From Ignicoccus pacificus DSM 13166 (GTDB lineage Archaea; Thermoproteota; Thermoprotei_A; Sulfolobales; Ignicoccaceae), in the NCBI GenBank assembly GCA_025340205.1, contig CP006868.1:1020001-1052000 (forward strand): DNA of 32,000 nt, written 5' to 3'. This document shows, piece by piece, positions 7,946 through 16,978 of the stretch (positions are counted from its first letter, which is position 1; every line of letters begins with the position of its first letter). The notes under the pieces are model-generated. The model saw only the letters and a list, made by a program, of their open reading frames with translations, was not told the origin of the DNA and did not search any database. Both the position numbers and the translations under genes were made by a program.

Positions 7946-9016
7946 ATGAAGGAATGTATCGATCTCGAAAGCGCGCTAGACGATGAGGAAGGGCTTAGAT
8001 CACTTTTCCAAAGATTAGGGGAGCTCTATGAGACCTCTTATGAGATAGCTCTAACTAAAATTGTCGAACGATGTTTAGAGGAGAACCCAAAGCTTGTGGA
8101 GAAGATAGATAGCATTCTTGAGGACGTAAAAGATAAGAAGGCATACCTTTCGTTGCTTTATATGATATTTACTTATCATAGAAGAATGCTAAACATCACT
8201 AAGATGAAGGAAGTCCTAGAGAAACACAAGAGGTTTGATGGAGACCCCATCTATATACACATGAAGGTAATGTGGTTAAAATTTACTAGGAAGAAAGATA
8301 ATATAATAAAAGCTATTAAGATGAGCAAGATGTTAATGGAGAAACTTCCCGAACATGCCGGAATAGCTCACAACTTCGCCTCGACAATAGCGGATGCAGT
8401 AGAGTTGGGACTGTTGGAGAGGAATGATGAACTGGTAAGGAATGCCCTTAAGGTGGCTGAGAGGTTAATAGTTTATGATTATCCTACATATCATGCAACA
8501 TATGGAAGGCTTCTAGGATTTCTAGGTCACTATGAAGACGGAATAGAAGAAATTACAATGGCTATAGATCTAGAGAATCCCGATAAGAAGGATTATAGTA
8601 TTAGGATGATGTTATACCAGAAGTTCTTAATAGAGCTTGAGCTTTATAGATCCATGGATATAACACTAGAAAGGTTCAATCGGCAGTTACGAAAGATGGC
8701 CGATAACATTAGTGTCGAGCTAAAGGAAATGATGCAACAAGAAAGACAAAGAAACATTGAGTTGCTAGCACTCTTCACCGCCCTCATAGCTATAATAATC
8801 ACGACCTTAACTTCAATTGCGGAAAATCCTAACGTAAACGTCCTCTTGCAGTCGTCCTTAACTATAGTTGCATCCTCTTTAGTAGTGCTGGGAGCGTTCC
8901 ACTATATGACGACAAGAGAGAAGTTATGGCAACAGAGAGCTCTCTTAGTTATTGGGGTTGGTATATTCTTGATGATCTTAATTTTGCTACTAACAGCACT
9001 TTGGAAGGGTGGATGA
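7946..9016 (+). CDS. Hypothetical membrane protein: ~270-aa alpha-helical (TPR-like) N-domain, coiled-coil linker, three C-terminal TM helices
   Basis: Long ORF with an ATG start and C-terminal hydrophobic helices (LLALFTALIAIIITTL, SSLTIVASSLVVLGAF, LLVIGVGIFLMILILLLTAL). Its DNA is markedly AT-rich compared with the flanks. Confidence 0.6.
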   Translation: MKECIDLESALDDEEGLRSLFQRLGELYETSYEIALTKIVERCLEENPKLVEKIDSILEDVKDKKAYLSLLYMIFTYHRRMLNITKMKEVLEKHKRFDGDPIYIHMKVMWLKFTRKKDNIIKAIKMSKMLMEKLPEHAGIAHNFASTIADAVELGLLERNDELVRNALKVAERLIVYDYPTYHATYGRLLGFLGHYEDGIEEITMAIDLENPDKKDYSIRMMLYQKFLIELELYRSMDITLERFNRQLRKMADNISVELKEMMQQERQRNIELLALFTALIAIIITTLTSIAENPNVNVLLQSSLTIVASSLVVLGAFHYMTTREKLWQQRALLVIGVGIFLMILILLLTALWKGG

Positions 9017-9104
9017 ACTATAGTGATTTCCCAAAGAAGCTGTGTTGTGTTACCACGAGAACTTCTTAAAACTCCTCCGTAGCGACGGTCGGGGGTAAGA
9101 GGCC

Positions 9105-9461
9105 TTGTCGGCTAGCTACAGACACGTGGGAGTGAGGGGGGTCGAGCCCCCTAAGATAGCTTGCGATGACCCCGAGTGCCCCTGGCACGGTCACTTGAAG
9201 GTGAGGGGCACTATCCTCGAGGGGGTCGTCGTAAGGAAGAGGATGCAGAAGGCAGTGGTAGTGAGGCACGAGTACTTGTACTACAACCGTAAGTATCAGA
9301 GGTACGAGAAGAGGAAGAAGAACATCCACGCGAGGCTCCCTCCTTGTCTAGCTAATGAGATCAAGGAGGGCGACATGGTGGTGATCGGAGAGACCAGACC
9401 TTTAGCTAAGAGCATAAGCTTTGTTGTCCTAGGTAAGAAGGTAACCGGAGGTGAGAAGTAA
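9105..9461 (+). CDS. rps17: 30S ribosomal protein uS17 (S17P)
   Basis: [22 protein letters not shown] and MQKAVVV....Y..KY.RYEKR are typical of archaeal S17. TTG start, and the stop overlaps the L14 ATG (TAATG). Confidence 0.9.
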   Translation: MSASYRHVGVRGVEPPKIACDDPECPWHGHLKVRGTILEGVVVRKRMQKAVVVRHEYLYYNRKYQRYEKRKKNIHARLPPCLANEIKEGDMVVIGETRPLAKSISFVVLGKKVTGGEK

Positions 9462-9874
9462 TGGTCAAAGCGACGGCGACCAAATCTAGGAGAAAGATAG
9501 TAACCGGACTTCAAGTGGGAAGCTACGTTAAGGTAACCGACAACAGCGGAGCCAAGCTTGCGATGATCATAGGCGTTCCCGGCTACCACGGAAGGCTGAG
9601 GAGGATACCTCCAGCCGGAGTGGGCGACATGGTGGTCGTCACCGTCAAGAAGGGAACCCCCGAGATGAGGCACCAAGTGGTAAGAGCGATAGTGGTGAGG
9701 CAGAGGAAGCCCTTCAAGAGGCCCGACGGAACTTGGGTCGCCTTCGAGGATAACGCTGTAATCATCGTCAACGAGGATGGATCCCCAAAGGCCTCGGAGA
9801 TCAGAGGTCCCGTGGCCAGAGAAGTCGTGGAGAGGTGGCCCAGAGTAAGCAACGTGGCCAGCATAGTGGTGTGA
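9461..9874 (+). CDS. rpl14: 50S ribosomal protein uL14
   Basis: [17 protein letters not shown]...[16 protein letters not shown]...AIVVRQRK is typical of uL14, and the gene sits at the conserved operon position. Confidence 0.95.
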   Translation: MVKATATKSRRKIVTGLQVGSYVKVTDNSGAKLAMIIGVPGYHGRLRRIPPAGVGDMVVVTVKKGTPEMRHQVVRAIVVRQRKPFKRPDGTWVAFEDNAVIIVNEDGSPKASEIRGPVAREVVERWPRVSNVASIVV

Positions 9875-9884
9875 GGTGATAGGA

Positions 9885-10265
9885 ATGCCCATGGTTAGGT
9901 CTAAGAAGCCTTCCAAGCAGAGGAAGTTCTACTTCAACGCCCCTCTGCACCTAAGGCACAAGTTCATGAACGCGCCGCTGAGCGAGGACCTCCAGAAGAA
10001 GTACGGCGTGAAGAGGCTCCCAGTGAGGAAGGGAGACACTGTGAGGATACTCAGGGGAAGGTTCAGGGGACACGAGGGAACCGTTGCTAAGGTAGATCTG
10101 AAGAAGGCCAGGATATACGTGGACGGAGCCACCATCGAGAACAGCAGAGGCGAGCCCGTTTTCTACCCCATTCATCCATCCAAGGTTGTTATTGTGAAGC
10201 TTGGTAACGTGGATAAGATCAGGGAGAAGATAATTAACAGGAGGAAGAAGGAGGTGAGTGAGTAA
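9885..10265 (+). CDS. rpl24: 50S ribosomal protein uL24
   Basis: [17 protein letters not shown], a KOW motif ([21 protein letters not shown]) and the conserved position. ATG 9885 is preferred to GTG 9876. Confidence 0.9.
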   Translation: MPMVRSKKPSKQRKFYFNAPLHLRHKFMNAPLSEDLQKKYGVKRLPVRKGDTVRILRGRFRGHEGTVAKVDLKKARIYVDGATIENSRGEPVFYPIHPSKVVIVKLGNVDKIREKIINRRKKEVSE

Positions 10266-11032
10266 TGGCAAGAGTAGGAGGAGGAAAGAGGCACCTGAAG
10301 AGGCTAGCTGCCCCGTTCTTCTGGCCCATTCACAAGAAGGAGGCAGTATGGGCGGTAAAGCCTAGGGCTGGCCCCCACCCACAAGAGGAGAGCCTACCCC
10401 TCCTAGTGGTAGTGAGGGACGTCCTCAAGTACGCCGAGACCTCCAGGGAGGCGAGGAAGCTAATCGCTGAGGGAAGGATCAAGGTAGACGGAAGAGTTAG
10501 GAAGGACTATAAGTTCCCCGTGGGCTTAATGGACGTCATCGAGATAGTGGGAGCGGACGAGTACTACAGAATGGTACCCTATCCTACCAAGTACCTAATA
10601 CCCTTGAGGATAGACGCCGAGGAGGCCAAGTACAAGCCGGTTAGGATAGAGAACAAGACCACCGTAAAGGGAGGTCATATACAGCTGAACTTGCACGACG
10701 GTAGGAACATACTAATCAAGGTGAGCGATCCCAGGAGCCCCGTGGAGGCCGAGCAGTACAAGACCCTAGGAACCTTGCTCATAACCGTTCCAGAGCAAGA
10801 GATCAAGGAGTACGTGCCCTTCGAGCCCGGAGTAATCGCCATAGTGAGCTCCGGTAGGAACGTGGGTAGGATTGGAAGGATAGAGGAGATATCCGAGAGG
10901 CTCGGAAGGAAGAAGACCTTAGTGAAGATGAGAGATGTAAACGGAGAAGTTTTCTACACCGTGGCTAGCTATGTGTTCCCCATAGGTAAGGAGGAACCCA
11001 TAATTAAGTTGCCCGAGGGTGGTTGGAAGTGA
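10265..11032 (+). CDS. rps4e: 30S ribosomal protein eS4 (S4e)
   Basis: [27 protein letters not shown], an S4 RNA-binding segment and a KOW segment. Its ATG overlaps the L24 stop (TAATG). Confidence 0.95.
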   Translation: MARVGGGKRHLKRLAAPFFWPIHKKEAVWAVKPRAGPHPQEESLPLLVVVRDVLKYAETSREARKLIAEGRIKVDGRVRKDYKFPVGLMDVIEIVGADEYYRMVPYPTKYLIPLRIDAEEAKYKPVRIENKTTVKGGHIQLNLHDGRNILIKVSDPRSPVEAEQYKTLGTLLITVPEQEIKEYVPFEPGVIAIVSSGRNVGRIGRIEEISERLGRKKTLVKMRDVNGEVFYTVASYVFPIGKEEPIIKLPEGGWK

Positions 11033-11616
11033 GCGCGGAGGTAGAGGTCAAGTCCCTAGAGGTACCCATACCCCAAGAGAAGGTGAAGGAGATACTGGAG
11101 AGGTGGGAGAAGCAGCCGATGCTCAAGCCGAGGCTAGCCAAGGTAACCGTCAACATAGCCCTAGGAGAGAGCGGAGAGAGGCTGGAGAAGGCCTACAACT
11201 TGCTCCAAGAGCTGACCGGTCAGAAGCCCGTGAAGAGGGCTGCTAAGAAAACCATAAGGCAGTTCGGAATCAGAAGAGGAGAGAACATAGCGGTCATGGT
11301 GACCCTCAGGGGAGAGAGGGCTAAGGAGTTCCTGAAGAAGGCTCTAGAGGCGGTCAACTGGAAGATTAAGGCTTCCAGCTTCGACGAGTTCGGGAACGTG
11401 GGATTCGGAATAAAGGAGCACATCCAGATACCCGGAACTAGGTATGATCCTAGAGTAGGAATATTCGGAATGGACGTCATACTAACTATCGAGAGGCCCG
11501 GCTACAGGGTCGCCAGAAGGAGGAGGGCTAAGGCTAAGATACCGAGGAGGCACAGAGTGACCAAGGAGGAGGGAATGGTATTCCTAGCCAAGGAGTTCGG
11601 AGCTAAGATCATATGA
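11023..11616 (+). CDS. rpl5: 50S ribosomal protein uL5
   Basis: [36 protein letters not shown] and FGIKEHI.IPG..YDP..GI.GMDV are uL5 motifs. TTG 11023 or GTG 11029 could be the start; the GTG overlaps the S4e stop as GTGA. Confidence 0.92.
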   Translation: MEVSAEVEVKSLEVPIPQEKVKEILERWEKQPMLKPRLAKVTVNIALGESGERLEKAYNLLQELTGQKPVKRAAKKTIRQFGIRRGENIAVMVTLRGERAKEFLKKALEAVNWKIKASSFDEFGNVGFGIKEHIQIPGTRYDPRVGIFGMDVILTIERPGYRVARRRRAKAKIPRRHRVTKEEGMVFLAKEFGAKII

Positions 11617-11656
11617 TTATATGCTCCCGTGAAAGCGGAAGTGGGGGTGTGAAGTC

Positions 11657-11821
11657 ATGGCGAAGTTCAGGCCACCAAAGTATAGGAAGTTCGGCAGGGG
11701 AGCCAGGAGGTGTCAAAGGTGCGGAAGCCAAGACGCCATCATAACCAAGTACGGGCTCTACCTCTGTAGGCAGTGCTTCAGAGAGGTAGCTCCCAGCATG
11801 GGCTTCAAGAAGTACAGGTAA
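11657..11821 (+). CDS. rps14: 30S ribosomal protein uS14, zinc-binding (type Z), 54 aa; below the ORF-track length cutoff
   Basis: My own translation is [54 protein letters not shown]. It has CxxC...CxxC, the SD GGGGGTG upstream, and the canonical position between L5 and S8. Confidence 0.9.
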   Translation: MAKFRPPKYRKFGRGARRCQRCGSQDAIITKYGLYLCRQCFREVAPSMGFKKYR

Positions 11822-11833
11822 GGGGTGAGAGCA

Positions 11834-12235
11834 ATGGTAATGTTGGATCCCTTGGCCAACGCTTTGAACACCATTTATGCCAATGAGGTTAGAGGCAACA
11901 AGGAAGCCATAATAATGCCCGCCTCAAAGCTGATAGCTAACGTGCTAAGGGTGATGCAGAGAGAGGGCTACATCGGAGAGTTCGAGTACATCGACGACGG
12001 AAGGTGGGGCAAGATAAGGGTTCAGTTGCTGGGAAGGATAAACAAGTGTGGAGCGATTAAGCCTAGGCAATCCCTAAGCTACAGAGAGCTCCTAAGGCTC
12101 CCCGAGTGGGTGAGGAGGTTCCTACCCTCCAAGGACGTGGGAGTGCTCATACTGAGCACCCCTCAAGGCCTCATGACCCACAAGGAGGCCATAGAGAAGA
12201 GGGTAGGAGGAATAGTGTTGGCTTACGTGTACTGA
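11834..12235 (+). CDS. rps8: 30S ribosomal protein uS8
   Basis: [16 protein letters not shown], the [15 protein letters not shown] motif and [14 protein letters not shown] 11834 or 11840 is preferred to GTG 11825. Confidence 0.93.
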   Translation: MVMLDPLANALNTIYANEVRGNKEAIIMPASKLIANVLRVMQREGYIGEFEYIDDGRWGKIRVQLLGRINKCGAIKPRQSLSYRELLRLPEWVRRFLPSKDVGVLILSTPQGLMTHKEAIEKRVGGIVLAYVY

Positions 12236-12240
12236 TTTTT
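12236..12240 (+). terminator. Oligo-T tract (T5) directly after the S8 stop codon; likely end of the ribosomal-protein transcript
   Basis: TGA at 12233-12235 is followed by TTTTT. The same stop-plus-T5 layout occurs after the surface protein gene and after EF-2. Confidence 0.4.
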
Positions 12241-12290
12241 CCCCTATACCTATACGTGATCCTTTCCCTAGTCCTTATGGGTATCCGGAC

Positions 12291-12674
12291 TTGAGGGCGG
12301 CAGATTTAATAAAGAGGCCCCCTATCTCTTGCTTCCCCTCTACTTCGCTGAAAGAAGTAATCAAGATAATGAGGAACAATAACGTAGGCAGCGTAATGAT
12401 AGTGGACGGAGGAAAGCTCCTGGGCATATTTACGGAAAGGGACCTGGTGAAGGCGTTAGATGAGGGTGCCAAGCTCGAAGAACCCATATCCAAGTACATG
12501 AACCCTTCTCCCATAACGGCGAAGGCTGACGAAAGCTTGGAGTCTGTAGTCAGAAAGATGCTAAACAACGGACTTAGGCACATACCAGTCGTTGATTCGG
12601 AAGGGAACGTATTAGGTGTAATAAGCATTAAGGATATAGTCGAGACCCTCTATGAGGGTTGTAACCCTCCGTAA
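12291..12674 (+). CDS. CBS-pair domain protein
   Basis: Two CBS repeats: VGSVMIVDGGKLLGIFTERDLVKAL and LRHIPVVDSEGNVLGVISIKDIV. TTG start. Confidence 0.8.
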   Translation: MRAADLIKRPPISCFPSTSLKEVIKIMRNNNVGSVMIVDGGKLLGIFTERDLVKALDEGAKLEEPISKYMNPSPITAKADESLESVVRKMLNNGLRHIPVVDSEGNVLGVISIKDIVETLYEGCNPP

Positions 12675-12681
12675 GGATTTT

Positions 12682-13374
12682 TCATTCCTTCAAAAACAAA
12701 TGCTTGACGCTTCTCCGAGCGAGCTTTCTTCCTACGTACTTAGCATAGCTCTTAGGAGAGATATGACCCCTAACCATCTTTACCCTCCCCTTCACTATAG
12801 CGTCCAGTATCTCCTCTGGGATGGGCTCGGCTTCTATGATGCTGTGCGCAGAGGCAACCATTTCTGCATCGTGGGCGTCGCTGTTAGCAAGCATAGGTTT
12901 CCTCAATATCTTGGCGACCTCCACTGCCCTTTCGTTAATCTTCTTGGGAGCCCTAGCGTTCCACGCCTCTATGGCGTGCATCTCTAAGTCATAGATACTC
13001 TCTCCGCATCCGTATCTCCTTTCGTCGTAGGGATGGGCTGGTATGTAGAGGCATCCCCACTTCTCCGCCCAATCGTAAAGCCTCAAGGCGTCCTTTGGGG
13101 GAGGGGAGGGAGGTAGGGAAGGACATAGGATGAGGATATCCATGTACTTCCCATAGTACCTAGCCCTCACCTCGTTACCGTAGATGAGTATTATGTCAAG
13201 ACCCTTGTTCTTTATGAACTCCGCTGCGGCCTTGGAACCCTCGAAGGTGTCGTGATCAGTAATAGAGATGGCTTGAAGGCCTTTGTCTATAGCGCTCATA
13301 ATCATTTTTTCCACAGGATCTAAACCATCGCTATGTGTTGAGTGCATGTGAAGGTCTGCCCGGAGCGCAGGCAC
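12682..13374 (-). CDS. PHP-domain metal-dependent phosphoesterase
   Basis: ADLHMHSTHSDG, AISITDHDT, IPAHP and NSDAH are the PHP His/Asp motifs. GTG start. Confidence 0.85.
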   Translation of the reverse strand: MPALRADLHMHSTHSDGLDPVEKMIMSAIDKGLQAISITDHDTFEGSKAAAEFIKNKGLDIILIYGNEVRARYYGKYMDILILCPSLPPSPPPKDALRLYDWAEKWGCLYIPAHPYDERRYGCGESIYDLEMHAIEAWNARAPKKINERAVEVAKILRKPMLANSDAHDAEMVASAHSIIEAEPIPEEILDAIVKGRVKMVRGHISPKSYAKYVGRKLARRSVKHLFLKE

Positions 13375-13482
13375 ACTTCAAACCCGTAAACCTAGTCACC
13401 TAGGGGAATTTATATGAAGGCATAGGGGTATATGCATCCCCTTTAGACTCTAAGTGCGAGAACAGAAGGTTCTACTAAAAAG

Positions 13483-13860
13483 TTATTCTACCTTTATCTC
13501 CTTTCTAGACTCCCAGAGACCGTGGAGGTTGCAGTATGCTAGAGCGTAGAGCACTCCGGGCTTCTGAACCTTCATGGTAAAGGTTACCTCAGGCTCCATG
13601 TAGCCAGGGGCAAAGAAGGCCCTTCCTACGAAGACGGGGTTGAAGGCCCTTCCCTCCTCGTAATAGTATAGCTCCACCCACCTTATGGAGTGCTCAGGAG
13701 TGCTCGGATGAGGCCCTACCTTTACGGTTACCTTGAAGGCCTCTCCAGCCTTCACCTTCTCGGGGGCCTCTATCTTAGGAGCATGGGTCTCAGCCTTGCC
13801 CTTTACCTCCTCTGGGGCGTTCTCTGGGGAGTAAACTAGCTCTCCGAAGGGCTTTACCAT
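13483..13860 (-). CDS. sor: Superoxide reductase (1Fe-SOR / neelaredoxin type)
   Basis: ETHAPKIE, GPHPSTPEHSIRW and CNLHGLW supply the His/Cys iron ligands typical of SOR, in a 125-aa protein. Confidence 0.9.
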   Translation of the reverse strand: MVKPFGELVYSPENAPEEVKGKAETHAPKIEAPEKVKAGEAFKVTVKVGPHPSTPEHSIRWVELYYYEEGRAFNPVFVGRAFFAPGYMEPEVTFTMKVQKPGVLYALAYCNLHGLWESRKEIKVE

Positions 13861-13871
13861 AACCTACACCC

Positions 13872-13886
13872 GTTAACAGTGTTAAC
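13872..13886. promoter_or_regulatory. Perfect 15-nt palindrome GTTAACAGTGTTAAC, 12-26 nt upstream of the sor start codon (candidate operator)
   Basis: Read directly: 7-nt arms GTTAACA/TGTTAAC around a central G. It lies between an A/T-rich TATA-like stretch and the ATG at 13860. Confidence 0.35.
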
Positions 13887-13949
13887 ATCATTCCTTTTAG
13901 GTTAGGGTATTCGGGATTGAAAACTTGACTTAAAAAAGATTGGATGCGT

Positions 13950-14189
13950 TCACTTCACCAAGTTAGCTATGAAGGAAGCTAGGAAGTAAGTAACGACTCC
14001 GGAGATGAGGGCGCCGACCACGGCGGCCACTATGTTCAGGCTGAGTAAACCGCTCAGGAAAGCTTGAAGCGCAGCCGTGACGGCTAGGAACTTAACAAGA
14101 CCTCCCCAAGTGACGTAGTCTTGGGCCGCGAAGGTCAAGGCGGGAAGCAAGAGTATCGCGAGAGCTAACAGTTTCCTCAACTTCGACAC
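13950..14189 (-). CDS. Small hydrophobic membrane protein (79 aa), hypothetical
   Basis: GTG start, a signal-like N-terminus (LLALAILLLPALTFAA) and two further TM stretches. Confidence 0.4.
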   Translation of the reverse strand: MSKLRKLLALAILLLPALTFAAQDYVTWGGLVKFLAVTAALQAFLSGLLSLNIVAAVVGALISGVVTYFLASFIANLVK

Positions 14190-14228
14190 CGCGCAGTAAG
14201 GACAAGCGCATCCGTCCCTTATTAGCGA

Positions 14229-14735
14229 TCACCAAGGGACGTCTTTGAGCTTTAGCATGTAAGCTATCCTGTTCGCGGTTACGTGAAGCCCCACTATGAT
14301 CACTCCGGCTATAATCCAGTATTCCATCTTAGGTCTCCACCCTAGAGCCATCATCAACGCCGTGGCTCCTAGGAAGAAGTCGAGCTGATCCGCTAACGGA
14401 AGAGGTGCCCCCCTCTCGAGACCCAACCTTCTCTTAATAAATGAGAAGAGCATGTCGCCCAGAAGAGCTCCCAAGGAGCCCACCAAGCCGTAAACGAAGT
14501 AGTCGAGATCTGAGGTCAGGAGCCAGAGGCTGAGAGCTACTGTGCCTCCAAACCATAAGCCTAGGAGCAAGCCCTCCCAAGTCTTTCCATCTCCTAGGAT
14601 CCTTCTGCCATCTATGAAGAGCTTCCCGAAATCCACGGGTGTTCCCTTTTTCAAGAACACGGGTGAAGCGTTGGCGACCATAGCTGGTAAGTATATCATT
14701 AAGAGCTTAATGAGCTCGCTCAACAGCTCACCCAA
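14229..14735 (-). CDS. carS: CDP-archaeol synthase (CarS, DUF46 family)
   Basis: YLPAMVANASPV and GDGKTWEGLLLG match the G..KT..G motif, with GDMLFSFIKRRLG and DQLDF, in a multi-TM protein of 168 aa. Confidence 0.85.
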   Translation of the reverse strand: MGELLSELIKLLMIYLPAMVANASPVFLKKGTPVDFGKLFIDGRRILGDGKTWEGLLLGLWFGGTVALSLWLLTSDLDYFVYGLVGSLGALLGDMLFSFIKRRLGLERGAPLPLADQLDFFLGATALMMALGWRPKMEYWIIAGVIIVGLHVTANRIAYMLKLKDVPW

Positions 14736-15280
14736 CTGATCTCACCTCTTCCTATCGTGAAGCACCTAATCTCCTCTCGGGGACATTCCATAATCGCCAT
14801 CCTCTTGCCTTCTCTCAGTCTTTTCACTCGTACCACGTAGTCCGCCCAAGGCTCTATAAACTCGTGATAAGGGGTCCTACCGCTCTTGGCACTAACTTGG
14901 GCCACGGTAACGCTTAGCTTCCCTTTCTCGCCCCTTCTGTGCATGAGCCAAGAGACGAGGGCTGAGACCTTGCTTCCTATCTCCGGAGGCAAGTACCTGG
15001 TTATGGAGGAAAGGCTATCTATTACCAGGACGTCGACGTCTAAGTTTTCCAAAAGAACCAAGAGTAAAGTGCGGTAATCCATGATTACCGAGGTCTTGGT
15101 CTTAGGACAAGATATGTGGAAGAAGGAGAGCTCATCCTCCGTTGAGATGTAGAGGGAACTTTCAGTACATCGAGAGCTGGCAAGCCAAGAGGCTAGGGCG
15201 CTCTTCCCTACCCCCGCTTCCCCGTAGATCAAGTAATGACCTTCAAGCGGCCAATCCCTTGAGCTCCCTTTGCCACTCAC
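14720..15280 (-). CDS. Minimal RecA-superfamily (KaiC/RadB-like) P-loop ATPase
   Basis: Walker A YGEAGVGKS and Walker B-like DVLVIDS in 186 aa. The GTG start lies 38 nt inside the FAU-1 3' end, and the 3' end overlaps the carS start by 16 nt. Confidence 0.62.
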   Translation of the reverse strand: MSGKGSSRDWPLEGHYLIYGEAGVGKSALASWLASSRCTESSLYISTEDELSFFHISCPKTKTSVIMDYRTLLLVLLENLDVDVLVIDSLSSITRYLPPEIGSKVSALVSWLMHRRGEKGKLSVTVAQVSAKSGRTPYHEFIEPWADYVVRVKRLREGKRMAIMECPREEIRCFTIGRGEISWVSC

Positions 15281-16646
15281 CGCTCTCTAGCCTCTCTTTA
15301 GCTATCTTTACCGCTTTCTCGACCTTCCTTAGTGCTTCCGGGGACAGGTGTCCCGAGTACTTCTCTAATTCCTCCTTGTCTATTACCCTAACCATTCCGT
15401 CGTAGACCACGTCCACCTCCATGTCTACATAGCGAGCAAAGCACTCTCCTATTTCGACGTCGCTGTTTATATTTACGTAGACTCCCTTCAAATCCCCCAT
15501 TTCAGAGAAGTAGCCGTGGATTACAAAGGGTGAGAACGGCTCTATCAAGGTTATTATGAAGTCTCCAGGCTCCTTTTTGACATTTATGCCATCGTAGATG
15601 CCGTATTCTCGCACAATCCTTTTCATTACCAAGTATTTTTCCGTAGTCCCGATGACCCTTCCCGGTCCCAGAGTAATGCAACTCCCGTCCAACTTCTCAT
15701 GCCTTATCTCGAAGTTCTTACAATCGGAACACTTTTCTAGCAAGAACTCCTTCACCTTTCCTTCAAGGTTCCAATCGAAGGGAACGACCTTGTCCCCTAG
15801 CTCGGCAGCTGTAGAGAACTTGTCCCCGCCCGCCTTAAGGGTATGGTGGAAGGGCATGGTACTTAGAACCTTCCTCCTCTGCTCGTCCGCTCTCTTTTTA
15901 TCCTCTAAGGTGGTCTTGAAGATGCCAAGAAACTCGCCCTCATAGACCTTGGTGCCAGGAGGAAGGTCTCTGGCCCTTACCCATATCTTCTGGGCCTCCT
16001 GAACGAGTCTTTCCAGTTCTTCCCTTAATGCCTCAAGCTCCGCACTCCTAGCTGAGGACCTCCAGTGAACCTTTATTCCCATCGATACTATGTCGCTAGC
16101 TAAGTTGATGAGTAACGCCTTCCTTTCCAAGTTAGTTATGTGTTTGGAGAAGCTAACCCCTTGTCCCCTCCCCAATATCACTTCTACGTAGAAGCCTTCT
16201 AGCCTAAGCCCTTCCTCCAGCACTACCTTGTCCTTAGGGTAAACCTTGCTTCTGATAACCTCAGCTATCATCTCCTTTCCTGGATAGCATTCTCTACTCC
16301 TAACCTCTGCCTCTATTCCCTCAATCGTCGTTTTGCAGTTCTCGTCCACGACAATCTTGTAGGCCGAGTGTAGGTTAGGCTTCGCCACATAACGGGGAGC
16401 GAGGGGGAACAGTTCCTTTAGAGTCTCGTAAACTTGTGTTCCCTCTTTGTAGAAGCCGTTGACTAGGACCTCGTGCACGTTCCTGTCAGAGTGCTTGACC
16501 GTTACGTGTGGAGGGAGGGGGGAGCCTTCCACTCCCCCGAGCCTCTCGCTGAGCTTCTTGCTTACATCAGAGAGTTCGAAGCCCTTTTCGAGTAAAAGGC
16601 TGGCTATGGCAGTTGCGTATATCCCCCTTACCCTCACCCTTACCAT
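15243..16646 (-). CDS. fau-1: Probable ribonuclease FAU-1 (RNase E/G-like N-terminus plus DUF402 C-terminal domain)
   Basis: The N-terminus MVRVRVRGIYATAIASLLLEKGFE is the family hallmark. The ~467 aa length also matches the FAU-1 family. Confidence 0.82.
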   Translation of the reverse strand: MVRVRVRGIYATAIASLLLEKGFELSDVSKKLSERLGGVEGSPLPPHVTVKHSDRNVHEVLVNGFYKEGTQVYETLKELFPLAPRYVAKPNLHSAYKIVVDENCKTTIEGIEAEVRSRECYPGKEMIAEVIRSKVYPKDKVVLEEGLRLEGFYVEVILGRGQGVSFSKHITNLERKALLINLASDIVSMGIKVHWRSSARSAELEALREELERLVQEAQKIWVRARDLPPGTKVYEGEFLGIFKTTLEDKKRADEQRRKVLSTMPFHHTLKAGGDKFSTAAELGDKVVPFDWNLEGKVKEFLLEKCSDCKNFEIRHEKLDGSCITLGPGRVIGTTEKYLVMKRIVREYGIYDGINVKKEPGDFIITLIEPFSPFVIHGYFSEMGDLKGVYVNINSDVEIGECFARYVDMEVDVVYDGMVRVIDKEELEKYSGHLSPEALRKVEKAVKIAKERLESGEWQRELKGLAA

Positions 16647-16656
16647 AGCTTACTCC

Positions 16657-16926
16657 TCAGTCCTTGACGGTCTCCAACAAGGTCACGACGTTCCAAATAG
16701 TGATCCTTGTGTGAATGGGCATGTTGGGGTCTTGGGCTATCTCGTCTAGAGCACTTATTGCGTTGGCGGCCCTAACTCCGGGGCTCAGCTTCTCGTCCTC
16801 CAAGTGCCTCACGGCCTCTATGCATACCCTTCTGATGTTTCTGGGGACGGAGGGGTCGTTGATGATCTTCATCAGCATGGTTAGTGCTTGCCTGAGCTTA
16901 GCCTCGTTGTCGTAACGGCTGGCCAA
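16657..16926 (-). CDS. UPF0147-family protein
   Basis: [22 protein letters not shown] and [15 protein letters not shown] follow the characteristic repeated motif, in 89 aa. Confidence 0.75.
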   Translation of the reverse strand: MASRYDNEAKLRQALTMLMKIINDPSVPRNIRRVCIEAVRHLEDEKLSPGVRAANAISALDEIAQDPNMPIHTRITIWNVVTLLETVKD

Positions 16927-16978
16927 CTTCTTTTCACCCCGTGTTGAGGATAGTCGGTAGCTTTAAAATAAAGTTCCG

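Noticed and set aside
9296-9916. A 206-aa minus-strand ORF, together with the minus ORFs 9066-9329, 9583-9864 and 9951-10271, antisense to the ribosomal-protein genes.
   Set aside because: They overlap strongly supported r-protein CDSs on the opposite strand. Their composition is Pro/Gly/His/Leu-rich and low-complexity, typical of antisense frames in GC-rich coding DNA.
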